64,000 nt of DNA from Octopus bimaculoides (Eukaryota), in NCBI RefSeq assembly GCF_001194135.2, contig NC_068984.1, positions 90,101,680-90,165,679 on the forward strand, written 5' to 3'. The translations under genes were made by a program, and so were the position numbers. Below, piece after piece: positions 53,286-64,000 of this stretch. Under the pieces are notes generated by a model. It saw nothing but the letters and a program-made list of their open reading frames with translations, was not told the origin of the DNA and ran no database searches. Every line of letters starts with the position of its first letter. Position 1 is the stretch's first letter.

Positions 53286-53759
53286 NNNNNNNNNNNNNNN
53301 NNNNNNNNNNNNNNNNNNNNNNNNNNNNNNNNNNNNNNNNNNNNNNNNNNNNNNNNNNNNNNNNNNNNNNNNNNNNNNNNNNNNNNNNNNNNNNNNNNNN
53401 NNNNNNNNNNNNNNNNNNNNNNNNNNNNNNNNNNNNNNNNNNATATATATATAGTGCAACTAACATTGAAGGAGATATTATAAATTATTGTATCAGAAAA
53501 TCGTTTCAGTTCAAAAAGGATTTCTTAATGTAACCATTTTATTTATTTTCAAATTTAACTGCCCTGCAGAGTCTACTGTGCTGCGATATCTTTTAAAGAC
53601 CCCAATTTACTTGGCTGTAAAGAGAGACCATATTCAGTACAGCTAGCTGACTTACATATATTTGACAAATAACTTGTAAGCTTGTACAACGGCTTTTAAA
53701 TCCTGTAATGCTGAAATGTATATATTTCCCAAGATACACGATGGGATGGTAATTTTTAA

Positions 53760-53826
<67 letters not shown>

Positions 53827-53944
53827 GATATCAATTCTAAATGACATATGAGAATTACTCGGGATTTAAATCAGGATTCAATTAATGAGCTTAAAGTCAG
53901 TATATTGATTGCATTTACATAAGTTTCTAGATACACTGTAAGTT

Positions 53945-54020
<76 letters not shown>

Positions 54021-54410
54021 CTAATGTGGCAAGTGACTTCTAGAAATGCAGTCGATCGAAGGTGCCAAAATGCTAAGCTCGGTGATAGAGCTGACGTTTC
54101 AAATTCGCTTAAATATTACATATACTAGACTTCATCCGTAACCTTGTTTCCAACCGGCATTTGGTCTTTGATAGACCACTGTGTTGTAAATATTCGAAAC
54201 AAATCCTTGGCCTGGGATAACTATTGCTTCCCACCATCTATGAAGTCCCGAAAAATCATTGAGATCACTATCCTTCCCCATGTCCCAAGTAGGGTTAATC
54301 CAAGTGCCACTGGTAGAAATTTTCAGATACGGGCTGGAGTAACATGAAGCGAAGTGCCTTTTCAAGGACAAAATGTGGCCCTGGAAACTCCAACAACTAG
54401 TCCACAGAAC

Positions 54411-54457
<47 letters not shown>

Positions 54458-55192
54458 NNNNNNNNNNNNNNNNNNNNNNNNNNNNNNNNNNNNNNNNNNN
54501 NNNNNNNNNNNNNNNNNNNNNNNNNNNNNNNNNNNNNNNNNNNNNNNNNNNNNNNNNNNNNNNNNNNNNNNNNNNNNNNNNNNNNNNNNNNNNNNNNNNN
54601 NNNNNNNNNNNNNNNNNNNNNNNNNNNNNNNNNNNNNNNNNNNNNNNNNNNNNNNNNNNNNNNNNNNNNNNNNNNNNNNNNNNNNNNNNNNNNNNNNNNN
54701 NNNNNNNNNNNNNNNNNNNNNNNNNNNNNNNNNNNNNNNNNNNNNNNNNNNNNNNNNNNNNNNNNNNNNNNNNNNNNNNNNNNNNNNNNNNNNNNNNNNN
54801 NNNNNNNNNNNNNNNNNNNNNNNNNNNNNNNNNNNNNNNNNNNNNNNNNNNNNNNNNNNNNNNNNNNNNNNTGTGTGTGTGTGTGTGTGTGTGTGTAAGC
54901 ATGCATGTATGTAAAACAAGATTCTGGTAAAAACATTTTTATTTCCAGTTTGTATTTTGATTATAATTATATTTTGTGCTTCACAATATTTATGGGTTTG
55001 TTTTGTCTGCAAACTGCTTAAAATGTCACATTATGCATTCTCACATTAAGTGAAATGAAGGCAGGTTCTGACGAAGGGCTTATTTAAGCAATCACCTGAG
55101 GGGGCGCATTAAGCACCTTAGATGCATGATAATGATTGCACATCTTATCCATGTACTACGGATGTAAAAATGTATGAAAACAATTATATCAA

Positions 55193-55241
<49 letters not shown>

Positions 55242-55278
55242 ATATGTATATATATATATATACATATGTATATATGGG

Positions 55279-55800
55279 CATAGGACGTCACCAACAGAAA
55301 ACAACTTGAAATACGAAAACAAATGGAAAACAGGACAAGTAACATAAAGAACGACCCTTCATCAGTTATCTACTCCTCATTTCGAGTATTGAACGACAAT
55401 ATGAGTGTTCGAAGACAGTTGCTCCCATAAGTACGAAAATAAAATTTGTGATTTATGGAGGGTCAAAGTTGGGAACAAAAACAGGACAGTGGAGGCATAC
55501 AAGGAAACCGAACGAAAACAAACATGAAGGGTCGTTAGACCAGAACGTGGGTAAAATAGTGAACACTGCAGAAATATTTTCTTTGACAAGATAGAAGACA
55601 GAGATATGATACGTCCAGTCCTTAGGGCATTCCTGAAAGAAAAGAAAGATGATCACGTGAGGAAGGGAAAGATGAACGGTGGTCACGTGTGAGCAACGAG
55701 AATGTGTAAAGGAGAAAGAGGGGAGAGAGGGAGAGTCAGACAGAAAACGGCGAAGGGAAGAAAAAAGGGGTTTAGAGAACGGATGAGAGAGAAAATTTAA
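55279..55800 (+). repeat. Interspersed repeat family R, copy 3
   Basis: Similar to 59-330 and to the reverse complement of 34200-34752. Confidence 0.7.
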
Positions 55801-55891
55801 TCTTTTTGATGCGACTTTACTCTATACTGTTTTCTCCTCTATCGTTTTCTCTTTCATCCTTTTTCTAATTCCCTTTTTTCTCCCCTTCCCC

Positions 55892-56636
55892 GTTCCGCAA
55901 CCATGGGATGAAGTTGATCAGATAAACTGCTGAAATAGTCTTGACTATTAATTCTGCCATGAAGGGAAACCATTGGGCCGGCGGATGTCCAAGATATAGC
56001 CCCTCCACATCATCTCAGATCCTCCTCCATGTTTAACACTTGGAAGAAGGCAGTGTGGGTCAAATGCTTCTTTTGGCTATCTCCACACGTATACTCAGCC
56101 GGTAGTCGGAAATAAGGTAAAGATGACTCATCCAAGAAAATAACATTCTTCCACTGCTTTAGAGACCAATTCGGTGGGTTTTTACTCCGCTCTAAACGCT
56201 TTGCAACGTTTGTTTTTGGAATTAGTGGTTTTCTGATTGCAGCCCTCCCGTGAAATCAGGCTTTGTACAGCTCCCGGCGAACAGTTTTTGTGGAAACTGG
56301 ACTATCGAGGTGGTCATTATATTCTCTGCAGTAATTATAGGGGCTGTACTTTTGTGATCCTTTCTAACAATTCGCGTAAGAGTCCAACAGTCCCTATCTG
56401 AAAGTTTTGGTTTTCTTCCGGAGTTTTATTTCGACGAGGAGGTTTTTCCCTCTTTCTCAAAGGTCGTCATTGCTTTTGAGACAGTACTTCTTGATGCACC
56501 AAACATTTCGGCTGTTTTTGTTAGGCTAGCACCTACCATACGAGTCCCAACAATTTGACCTCTTGACGGTTTTATAGATATTTCAAAATTATGATTCTAT
56601 TATGCTAGGTTTTTCCATTATTTTGTCCAACCCCTG
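55892..56636 (-). mobile_element. Tc1-like transposon copy B (5' TIR plus N-terminal transposase, 3'-truncated)
   Basis: Near-identical to 36130-36900. TIR is CAGGGGTTGGACAAAATAATGGAAAAACCTAG with TA at 56637-38. Confidence 0.9.
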
Positions 56637-56684
56637 TATATATATGTACATATATATCTGTAAAAATATGTGACACTTATTCGG

Positions 56685-56758
56685 TAGCCATGATAAAACT
56701 CTGAGTTTCGGATGCCGGGGTGGGAACCCACGCCAACATCTCTTCAGTTATCCGGCCA
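56685..56758 (-). ncRNA. Type I hammerhead ribozyme candidate
   Basis: TGGCCGGATAA CTGAAGA GATGTTGGCGTGGGTTCCCACCCCGGCATCC GAA ACT CAG AGT T TTATCATGGCTA. All core nucleotides are present, stem I is 11 bp with one bulge, and stem II is long with one bulged C. The cleavage triplet is GUU. Confidence 0.7.
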
Positions 56759-56984
56759 TTGAAAATTCCTGTGAAAAATGACCGTTAAACAAAGGGAAAT
56801 TACTGTGTGGTTGACCCTTATTAAGGCAAAAGAGCTATAGACCCCTAAGTAAGGGGAGGGGGTAAAAGTAAGGGAGTAAAAATGTCTATAGTGTTCACGT
56901 AAGCGCACCAATCCGTATAAGTATATACTAAACCACCCTCGCTTGAAACACACACAAGCTCACCCATATACTCGCCAAAAACTA

Positions 56985-57345
56985 TACATATATGTACATA
57001 CGTCCCCTGCTCAATTCAGGATCACAACATATAGGTACACTGCGGCATAATTTCTTTTCCTCAACAGGCCCTGCCCTGTTTAACATTGTCCCGAAAGAGA
57101 TAAAAGAGGAAAAGGATCCTATCAGTTTTAAACGGAGTCTAGACAGTTTTCTTCAAAGAATACCAGACAAGCCACCCATACCTGGATACAACTCACTCAA
57201 TAAGAACTCACTACTTGAGTGGAACATAAACAAATCTTGACTGTAAAAAGGATTTAGATAATCCTATGATGTGGTGCTATTAACTTAGACATGACCTTGA
57301 CCAATCTTTGGTCGAAACATATCTAAGTTTTATCTAAGTTTTTAT
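56985..57345 (+). mobile_element. CR1-clade LINE 3' end
   Basis: FFSSTGPALFNIVP..IK....SFKRSLDSFL.RIPDKP..PGY...NSLLEW, then a short 3' UTR and an (ATCTAAGTTTT)2 tail. Confidence 0.8.
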
Positions 57346-57425
57346 ATATATATATATATATTATTTATATTGTTATTAGATCAAACGTCATGCATCCATT
57401 TTCATGTAAGTTTAAATTCAATATC

Positions 57426-57515
57426 ATTCCCTGAGGAGGCTTTTTGCTTTGTTCAACTTTATAATGCATTTTAAATGTGTAAATATGAACGACAGCAATT
57501 GGCCGAAGCGTAGGC
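57426..57515 (+). ncRNA. Degenerate minimal type I hammerhead-like motif with a long stem II
   Basis: CC CTGAGGA GGCT..TTGCT..GTTCA...TGAAC..AGCAA..GGCC GAA GCGT A GG. A15.1 is replaced by G. Confidence 0.4.
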
Positions 57516-57808
57516 AACATCAATGAATTTATTGATTTGACTAGAATTAAAAATTAATTATTCTATATGTATTCTCCATTTTCTTTGAACTTTTAAACTT
57601 TATCTCTCCTCTATCGAAAATGATGGAAATCTCCATAGCGACAACTGGAATTTAAGAGGTGTAAAGAACTAATACCTAAGGTGATACCTAAGGTGAACAA
57701 ACGATAAACACGAGTACATACATACATGAAAAATTTCCAGTATAGTTAATTCGATAATAGCGCAAAACTGGTGTACGCTTGAATAATATATCTCTAAGAA
57801 AGAACAAT

Positions 57809-57949
<141 letters not shown>

Positions 57950-58558
57950 GACATGTTTAGTCTATTGAGAAGACTCAATCAATTAAGATGTCAATATTTG
58001 CCCCTGAAGAAATGTATGTAATCGCAATTTTCAAACTGCAGTTTTAATTTATAAATTTATAATTTGAATGAGTTGGGTATGAAAACAATTGTAGGCAAAT
58101 GTAAACTGACAATATGTTAATAAATTGATGTTAAATCTCTCCATTTTCTTCTTTAGCATATACTATATTAAAATATACCCATATATACCGAAGTGAGACA
58201 AACATCTATTACAATATACATGGACGCTGTAATGTGTTTAATATTTGTGCCAATTATTAAATAATAAACACCAATACTACTAAGTAAAACGTGACTCAAT
58301 AGTATTTCATCGATATATAGGATTAAACTGCGGAAAGTTGGATACTAACATCCCTTTTAAGAGGAATCTATATCCTCGCAATAACACATACACGCAAACA
58401 TATATATATATATGTATGTATGTATGCATGCGTGTATGTATATATAAAGAGCGACACGCAACCAGCAATCAGGCTCTGTTGTGGGTTCCACACTCCATTA
58501 TAGCGCCCAGTGGAATAGTCTAATATTGAGGAATATGTGCCAAATAATAATAATGGTA

Positions 58559-58955
58559 ATCCTTTCTACTATAGACACAAGGTCTGAAATTGTGGGGAGG
58601 GGATAGAAGATTACATCGACTGCAGTGTTTCACTGGTACTTAATTTATCGACCCCGAAAGGATGATAGGAAAAGTTGACCCCGGCAGAATTTGAGCACAG
58701 AACGTGGTGACAGACGAAATACTGCCTAGCATGCTAATGATTCTTTTTTCTACTCTAGAGCCCAAGGCCCGAAATTTTAGGGGAGGGGGCTAGTCGATTA
58801 GATCGACCCCCGTACGCAACTAGTACTTAATTTATCGACCCCGAAATGATGAAAAGCAAAGTCGACCTCGGCGGAATTTGAACTTAGAATGTAAAAATAC
58901 GAAATATCGTTAAGCATTTCGTCTGGTGTGCTAATGACTCTGCCAACTCGCCGAC
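58559..58955 (-). mobile_element. Two tandem copies of a tRNA-like SINE (58559-58742 and 58743-58955)
   Basis: Both share TACTTAATTTATCGACCCCGAAA.GATGA and GAATTTGA.C..AGAA. The head GGCGAGTTGGCAGA is at 58955. Confidence 0.85.
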
Positions 58956-58989
58956 TTACAAAATGGTAATATTAATAATAGTAATTATT

Positions 58990-60970
58990 TTTATAGAGTT
59001 GAAAGGGTTAGAAGGCTAAACAATGCAACATGGACTATAAGAGATGGTAATGGTAATATGTTGGTTGGTGTCTCTACATTTGTCAATGTAATTTTTTGAA
59101 TGAGGATGCGCGTGTGTTAAGGTGCTCTTTAAAGCGTGTGTTCGACTCGGGCTACCAATGTTGGATTCAATCCGGTATACTACATGTGTCCGCTAGCACA
59201 TACCTGTACCACGGATAAGGCAGTTAGTCAGCGACTATTGATTATTATTGTCGCTGGATTGCTTTTTAGACAGGTATCCACGCAGAGAAGGGCCGGAGTG
59301 CGCTAACTGTATGTCCAGTCCTTTGCGAATAGCTCTGCTGATATCTCTGCGGATAGCTGTAGCTATGCTTTCGCTGAATGGTATGCTTTCGTGGTAATTT
59401 CATGAAGACGGTGTTAGAGGAGTTCTTATGCCTGCAGCGCCTTCGATTCTTAAGTCGATTCATTCTGGATGTTGGGTATCCGTTCATTTTCAGTACATCT
59501 TTGAAGTGTGTAGTGTGAGTGATCTGGTTCTCTGTCTTCCTACATTTATTCCGGATACGTGTGAGTTCATTTCTTATGTATCCGGTTTTAGCCCCAAGGA
59601 GAAGGGCTGATCTATAATGCACAAACAGGTCTCTACTGGCAGCTTTCTTATAGAAGTTGGTGTCTATAGTACCTTCATCTGTTATTTTAAGTTGAAAGTC
59701 CAGCAGAGACAAAGAACCATTTTTATCGGGGTGTATTATGGTAAATCGTATGTTGTTATCTGTGTTTGGAAATGTCCTAGATATATTGTCTGCCTCTTTA
59801 CGGGATGATGTGAGGATGAATATATCATTTATGTATTGGGTGAAGAAAACACAGGAGCGGCAGGTGTTGAGCGCTCGACGTTCCAGTCGGTTAATCTAGG
59901 TGAAGGCGAGAAGGCTTGAAAGATTGGATCCCATGGGTTGGCCTACTGTTTGTTTGTATATGTGGTTGTAGAAAGTGAAATATGTATTTTCAACTGATGT
60001 ATGTCTTTTGGAATGAGGTCAAAGCAGTATATGTTGTATGAAATGATGCAGTCCGTCACTAAGCTGACCGCTAGATGAGCGGGTGGTATCTCATAGAGGC
60101 AGACAACGTCTAGGCTAGAGGCATATCTGTTGAGTTTAAGTTGGTAAAGGTGTATTTGATGTAATCTTCGCATGACTTCGTCAGAGCTGCTGACATGTCC
60201 AGGAAAAGAAACAAGCATAGGCTTCAGGATCTGGAAGAGAAACCAGGAGATTTTTATAGGGGTGGGGGCCTTCTATACTGGAGACAATTAGCCTAACCTA
60301 TAGATTAAACATTGGTTTTGTGGGTTTTGATGAGGTGGTACAACGTTGGTAGTCTACTGTTCCTGGTGGTGAGGTTGTGTTTATATTTGCTGGGGAGTTG
60401 TCTACGTCTGCAGATATCCGTCCAGGTAGTGCTGATGTGATCTTCAGTCTGGGATGCAGTAATGTCTGTCACGTCTCAATATACTTCACCGTTGTTAAGG
60501 TGCTCATATATCAAGCTGTTGTATGTGTCTCTCGAGATGACGCAGAATTCTTTCCCTTTGTCTGAAAGGAGGTATACGAGGTCCTTCTCTCGCATGTTGC
60601 TTAGAATGAGGTGTTCTTTCTTGGAGAGGATAAGGAGTACCTTCTTATGTTTCAGTAACATGCTAAAAATAGACTTGGTTGATAGGCGGTGGAGAAAGTA
60701 ATAATAAGCACCAAAAACGCTTGGAAACGACTAAAGAAAATTTAAAATTTTATCCCAAAGAGAGGAAATTGCTGCATTACCCAATGAAAGTTCCTTAAAC
60801 CCTGATGAAGGGGCGGGCCGTTAGATCCCGAAATATAGAACAGATAAAAGAACAGCAGCAACAATAAAAGACAAAGTAAAGCAAAGATTACCAGGTAACT
60901 TGCGTTTAATTTTCGTAACCTCATCTTACAGCTTATTTTACCTTGTTTAGCCTTCTTTCTCTTTCAACGT
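58990..60970 (-). mobile_element. Penelope-like element (RT plus GIY-YIG), 5'-truncated, with an inverted terminal segment at 60700-60970
   Basis: RT motifs are SDKG, SLDVVCLY, YKQTVGQPMGS, YINDIF, LLDFQ and NGYP. The GIY-YIG remnant is VVYRI..IG..TRFKEH at 59100-59200. The ends at 58990-59050 and 60910-60970 are inverted-similar (TTGTTTAGCCTTCT...CTTTCAAC). Confidence 0.88.
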
Positions 60971-61044
60971 CACATATACACAATGCATCGAGCAAACTAT
61001 AACATTTTATTAATAATTATTATAATTATAATCCTTTTTATGGG

Positions 61045-61194
61045 GAGGAGACTAGTGGATTACATCGAAATCGGTATTTCACTGGTATTTAATCCATCGA
61101 CTCCGAAAAGAAGAAAGGCAGAACACGAAGACAAAAGAAACGTAGCTAAGCATTTTGTCCGGCGTGCTAACGATTCTGCCTGCTCGCCTCCTTA

Positions 61195-61195
<1 letters not shown>
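61045..61195 (-). mobile_element. SINE, same family as 58743-58955
   Basis: The reverse complement reads GGAGGCGAGCAGGCAGAATCGTTAGCACGCCGGACAAAATGCTTAG. Confidence 0.8.
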
Positions 61196-61256
<61 letters not shown>

Positions 61257-61257
<1 letters not shown>

Positions 61258-61765
61258 TCTTGGTATAAAAGATGTTGTATTGGTATAAAAGATGTTGTAT
61301 TGGTATAAAAGATGTTGTATTGGTATAAAAGATGTTGTATTGGTATAAAAGATGTTGTCTTGGTATAAAAGATGGGTTACAGCAAATATTCAGCTCAATA
61401 CTATAGATTTGCTTGTCAGTTGTTTAACCATAACCAGTTGAGCATGTCCCTTAGTGGCTGACGATATGTGCATCTCTGATCACGAGCAGAAGTAGTGGGC
61501 GAGCATCATAGCCATGTGTTGAGAGGAATTTTGGTGGGTTTGGATAATTCACCTTTGGAAACATGGGTGTTTTGTTTCACATTCTTAAGCAGCCCTTATT
61601 CAGGGACTTTTTGAGCGGGATGGGCTACTCGACCTGAAGAAAATCCTAACTGGGCCCCCTTTCAAGGTCATGCGCAGTTAATCTTGATATGAGATCACCA
61701 TGTCATGCACACATGGTTGTGATGCATGTGCCTGGAGTACCCTTATCAGACGGGTAGTCGTGATG
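61257..61765 (-). mobile_element. ~500-bp interspersed repeat with (ATT)n tail and a 20-bp tandem array near its 3' end
   Basis: Shares its body with 9561-9800. TGGTATAAAAGATGTTGTAT occurs five times plus a partial unit at 61261-61374. Confidence 0.75.
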
Positions 61766-61989
61766 TGTCTAATGAGCTTCGTTTATTTTACCCCAATGTC
61801 ACTTTGATGGCATGCACAGCTGTCTCATTACGCAAGAAGAGACCAGAAGAATTACGCAAGGAGGTACAAGAAGAATCACGCAACAAAGGACTAGAAGAAT
61901 TACGCAACAAGGGGCTAGAAGAATTACGCAAGAAGTGACTACACAATGAATTCCATGTAGCTACAACAGAAGTTGCTGGAAAAAAATAG

Positions 61990-62380
61990 GTAGAATTGAC
62001 TGATGAAAAGAACCCTAAGAAAAGAGACCGAGAGCACTATACTGACAGCGCAAGAGCAAGCTTTTGCCATGAATTGGAGGGTCAACCTTAGGAGTGAACA
62101 AGTGTCTCCACCCAAGGTGCGCCTCATATGCTATACAATTGAGGTTGCATGCCTCTTTGACCCACGAATAGTCAAGAAGGAAGGCGAAAAGATAAATAGA
62201 TACAACCTTCTTAAGTACGAAATAGCCCGGCTATGGAAAATGAAGAGGGTGAAGATAGTGCCAATTGTTGTTGGGTCCTTGGGAACAGTATCAGAAGGCA
62301 TCAAGAGGAATATAAAGGAAATTGGAATAGAGTGCCCAGTAGAACTGTTACAAAAGGTTTGCCTCCTTGGCATGGCAAGG
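61990..62380 (+). mobile_element. R4/Dong LINE C-terminal fragment with an internal deletion
   Basis: Translation includes LRKETESTILTAQEQA, IEVACLFD..KE.EK..RY, VPIVVGSLG and LQKVCLLG. It breaks into (AAG)n. Confidence 0.85.
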
Positions 62381-62521
62381 AGAAGAAGAAGAAGAAGAAG
62401 AAGAAGAAGAAGAAGAAGAAGAAGAAGAAGATGAAGAAGAAGAAGAAGAAGAAGAAGAAGAAGAAGAAGAAGAAGAAGAAGAAGAAGAAGAAGAAGAAGA
62501 AGCAGCAGCAGCAGCAGCAGC
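62381..62521. repeat. (AAG)n(CAG)n microsatellite
   Basis: Read directly from the sequence. Confidence 0.95.
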
Positions 62522-62639
62522 TGGTTAAATTTCTTCCAACCACTTGAATTTTTATTTTTAATTCTCACCAGGTTATTCTCAAAAAAAAAATGTTCGGATG
62601 TAGATGTGCATGCTGATGATGAAAATCGCACTCATTTTT

Positions 62640-63330
62640 TTTCTAGACATTAAAAATAAAAAAAGTTACAAGGCTTGAAAATTATGTAATTTTGGCCAGT
62701 CTAAACTTCGGTTGCCGAATATACCGAAAGTCGCGACAGTCTACATAGGTACATCACAGTGTTTGTCATTCATTTTCAGGAATTCATAAACACAACTAGA
62801 TATTTTTCTTCTCATTAACTTCTGGTAAAGAACCGTTTTACATGTGGCCGTCCACTTTGTGATTTCCGCCCTGTTGTTGATAATTTTATCCGTTTATACG
62901 GCTTTTGTGTAATGCTGGAGAATTTTTCAGCCAATACTCTTGTACCCCACTAGGACATGGACATTTCTAGTTTGGAACCTTTGTTATCAGCTTGATCAAC
63001 ATTTCATTTGTTATTCTTACAGTGTTCTGTTTCACTCCATTTTCCTCCGATCTTAATTCCTTCAACCATTCAACATCTTTCTTGTGATTTTTTCCATTAT
63101 CCCAGATGTTACTCCAAAACCTCCTACTTTCTCCAGCGTCATGTTTCTCTCTGCTGTTAACTTTTCCGTTCAGCTGCTCATAAACCCTTATTTGATCCTG
63201 TTGGAACAACCAGTTAATTTCATATTGTTTAATTCTTTGGTCATATCGCTTGATTTTTGTTGCTTTCGCCTGCAGTTTTAGTTTCAGTTCTTCAAGGACT
63301 GCATTTAGCTATTTTTCTTGATCTTATATC
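62640..63330 (-). mobile_element. R4/Dong LINE pre-RT fragment
   Basis: Translation includes FQQDQIRVYEQLNG, RRFWSNIW and VPNWKCPGPSGVQGYWLK. Confidence 0.8.
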
Positions 63331-63399
63331 TACGTTATAGTTCTTTGTTGTTGTTGTTGCTGTTGTTTCTGTTGTTGTTGTTTCATTTACACACAAGAG

Positions 63400-64000
63400 A
63401 TTAGACTGTTAGAGAAGAATTCCTAACATCGGACTACAACAAATAACCTTCGATGCCAAGAACCTTCCGAAGTAACCTAGCTATCCCTAATAACACTGTT
63501 TTCTAGAGCTGCACTAAACTAGATTTTAAGCATGTTTCCTCAACCCATCTGTTCAAATCTTTACTTGCACTTTCCGTAGCCTGTATGGCTCATTGCCTAA
63601 ATCCTGGTAATTTGCTATTTTCTCTATACCTCTCATATTGATTTCTTCATTGTTTGGGACTGTAAATTCAATTACCTGGTACTTTCTGTTCTCTTTGTAT
63701 ACTACTACTAAATCCGGCCTTCTAGATTCTATAATCCTGTCAGTCTGAATTTAAAAATCCCAGATTTTGGGTGGTGCATCCTAGATCCTGTCATTATTTT
63801 TCTTGTTTTCCTGTCTATTTTAGATAGTTTCGTTTAGTGTCCAGTTAAGTATATTGTAGCTGTAATTTAAACTGGGACGGCTAATGTGTTAATACCTATT
63901 GTCTTGTTTTTAGCATTGAGTTCTGTTTTTAGTATTGATCTAACTCATCTATAGTACTCTTTCTTTATTTTCTCTTTCATTTGTATGTGTTGTATCCAAT
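63400..64000 (-). mobile_element. R4/Dong LINE post-RT fragment
   Basis: Translation includes MKEKIKKEYYR.VRSILKTELNAKNK..GINTLAVPV and MHHPKS. Confidence 0.8.

Noticed and set aside
61261-61374. CRISPR-like regular repeats
   Set aside because: The units are contiguous with no spacers, the context is eukaryotic and no cas genes are present.

Overview
AT-rich animal genomic DNA, very rich in microsatellites and transposons, with about 15 N-gaps. The repeat families and microsatellite density suggest an octopus or other cephalopod (inference, no search run). There is one intact protein-coding gene: a minus-strand class A peptide GPCR of the vasopressin/CCAP/NPS superfamily, with two coding exons (49039-48566 and 30826-30128), 390 aa and a 17.7-kb phase-0 intron in ICL2. 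It deviates at three hallmark positions (N1.50G, DRH, NPxxF). The rest is decayed mobile DNA: R4/Dong, RTE and CR1 LINEs, a Penelope-like element, mariner/Tc1/maT/Tigger remnants, a Helitron and SINEs. The most notable non-coding signal is a cluster of hammerhead-ribozyme-like motifs at 53-61 kb. One is a near-canonical type I hammerhead in a ~330-bp ORF-less island, a candidate retrozyme or solo pLTR. Another sits in the tail of a tRNA-headed SINE-like element. Also present are a NAP1 retrocopy fragment fused between two truncated repeats in the intron and a 224-bp palindrome downstream of the receptor stop codon. All assignments come from reading motifs by eye; no alignment, folding or database search was run.
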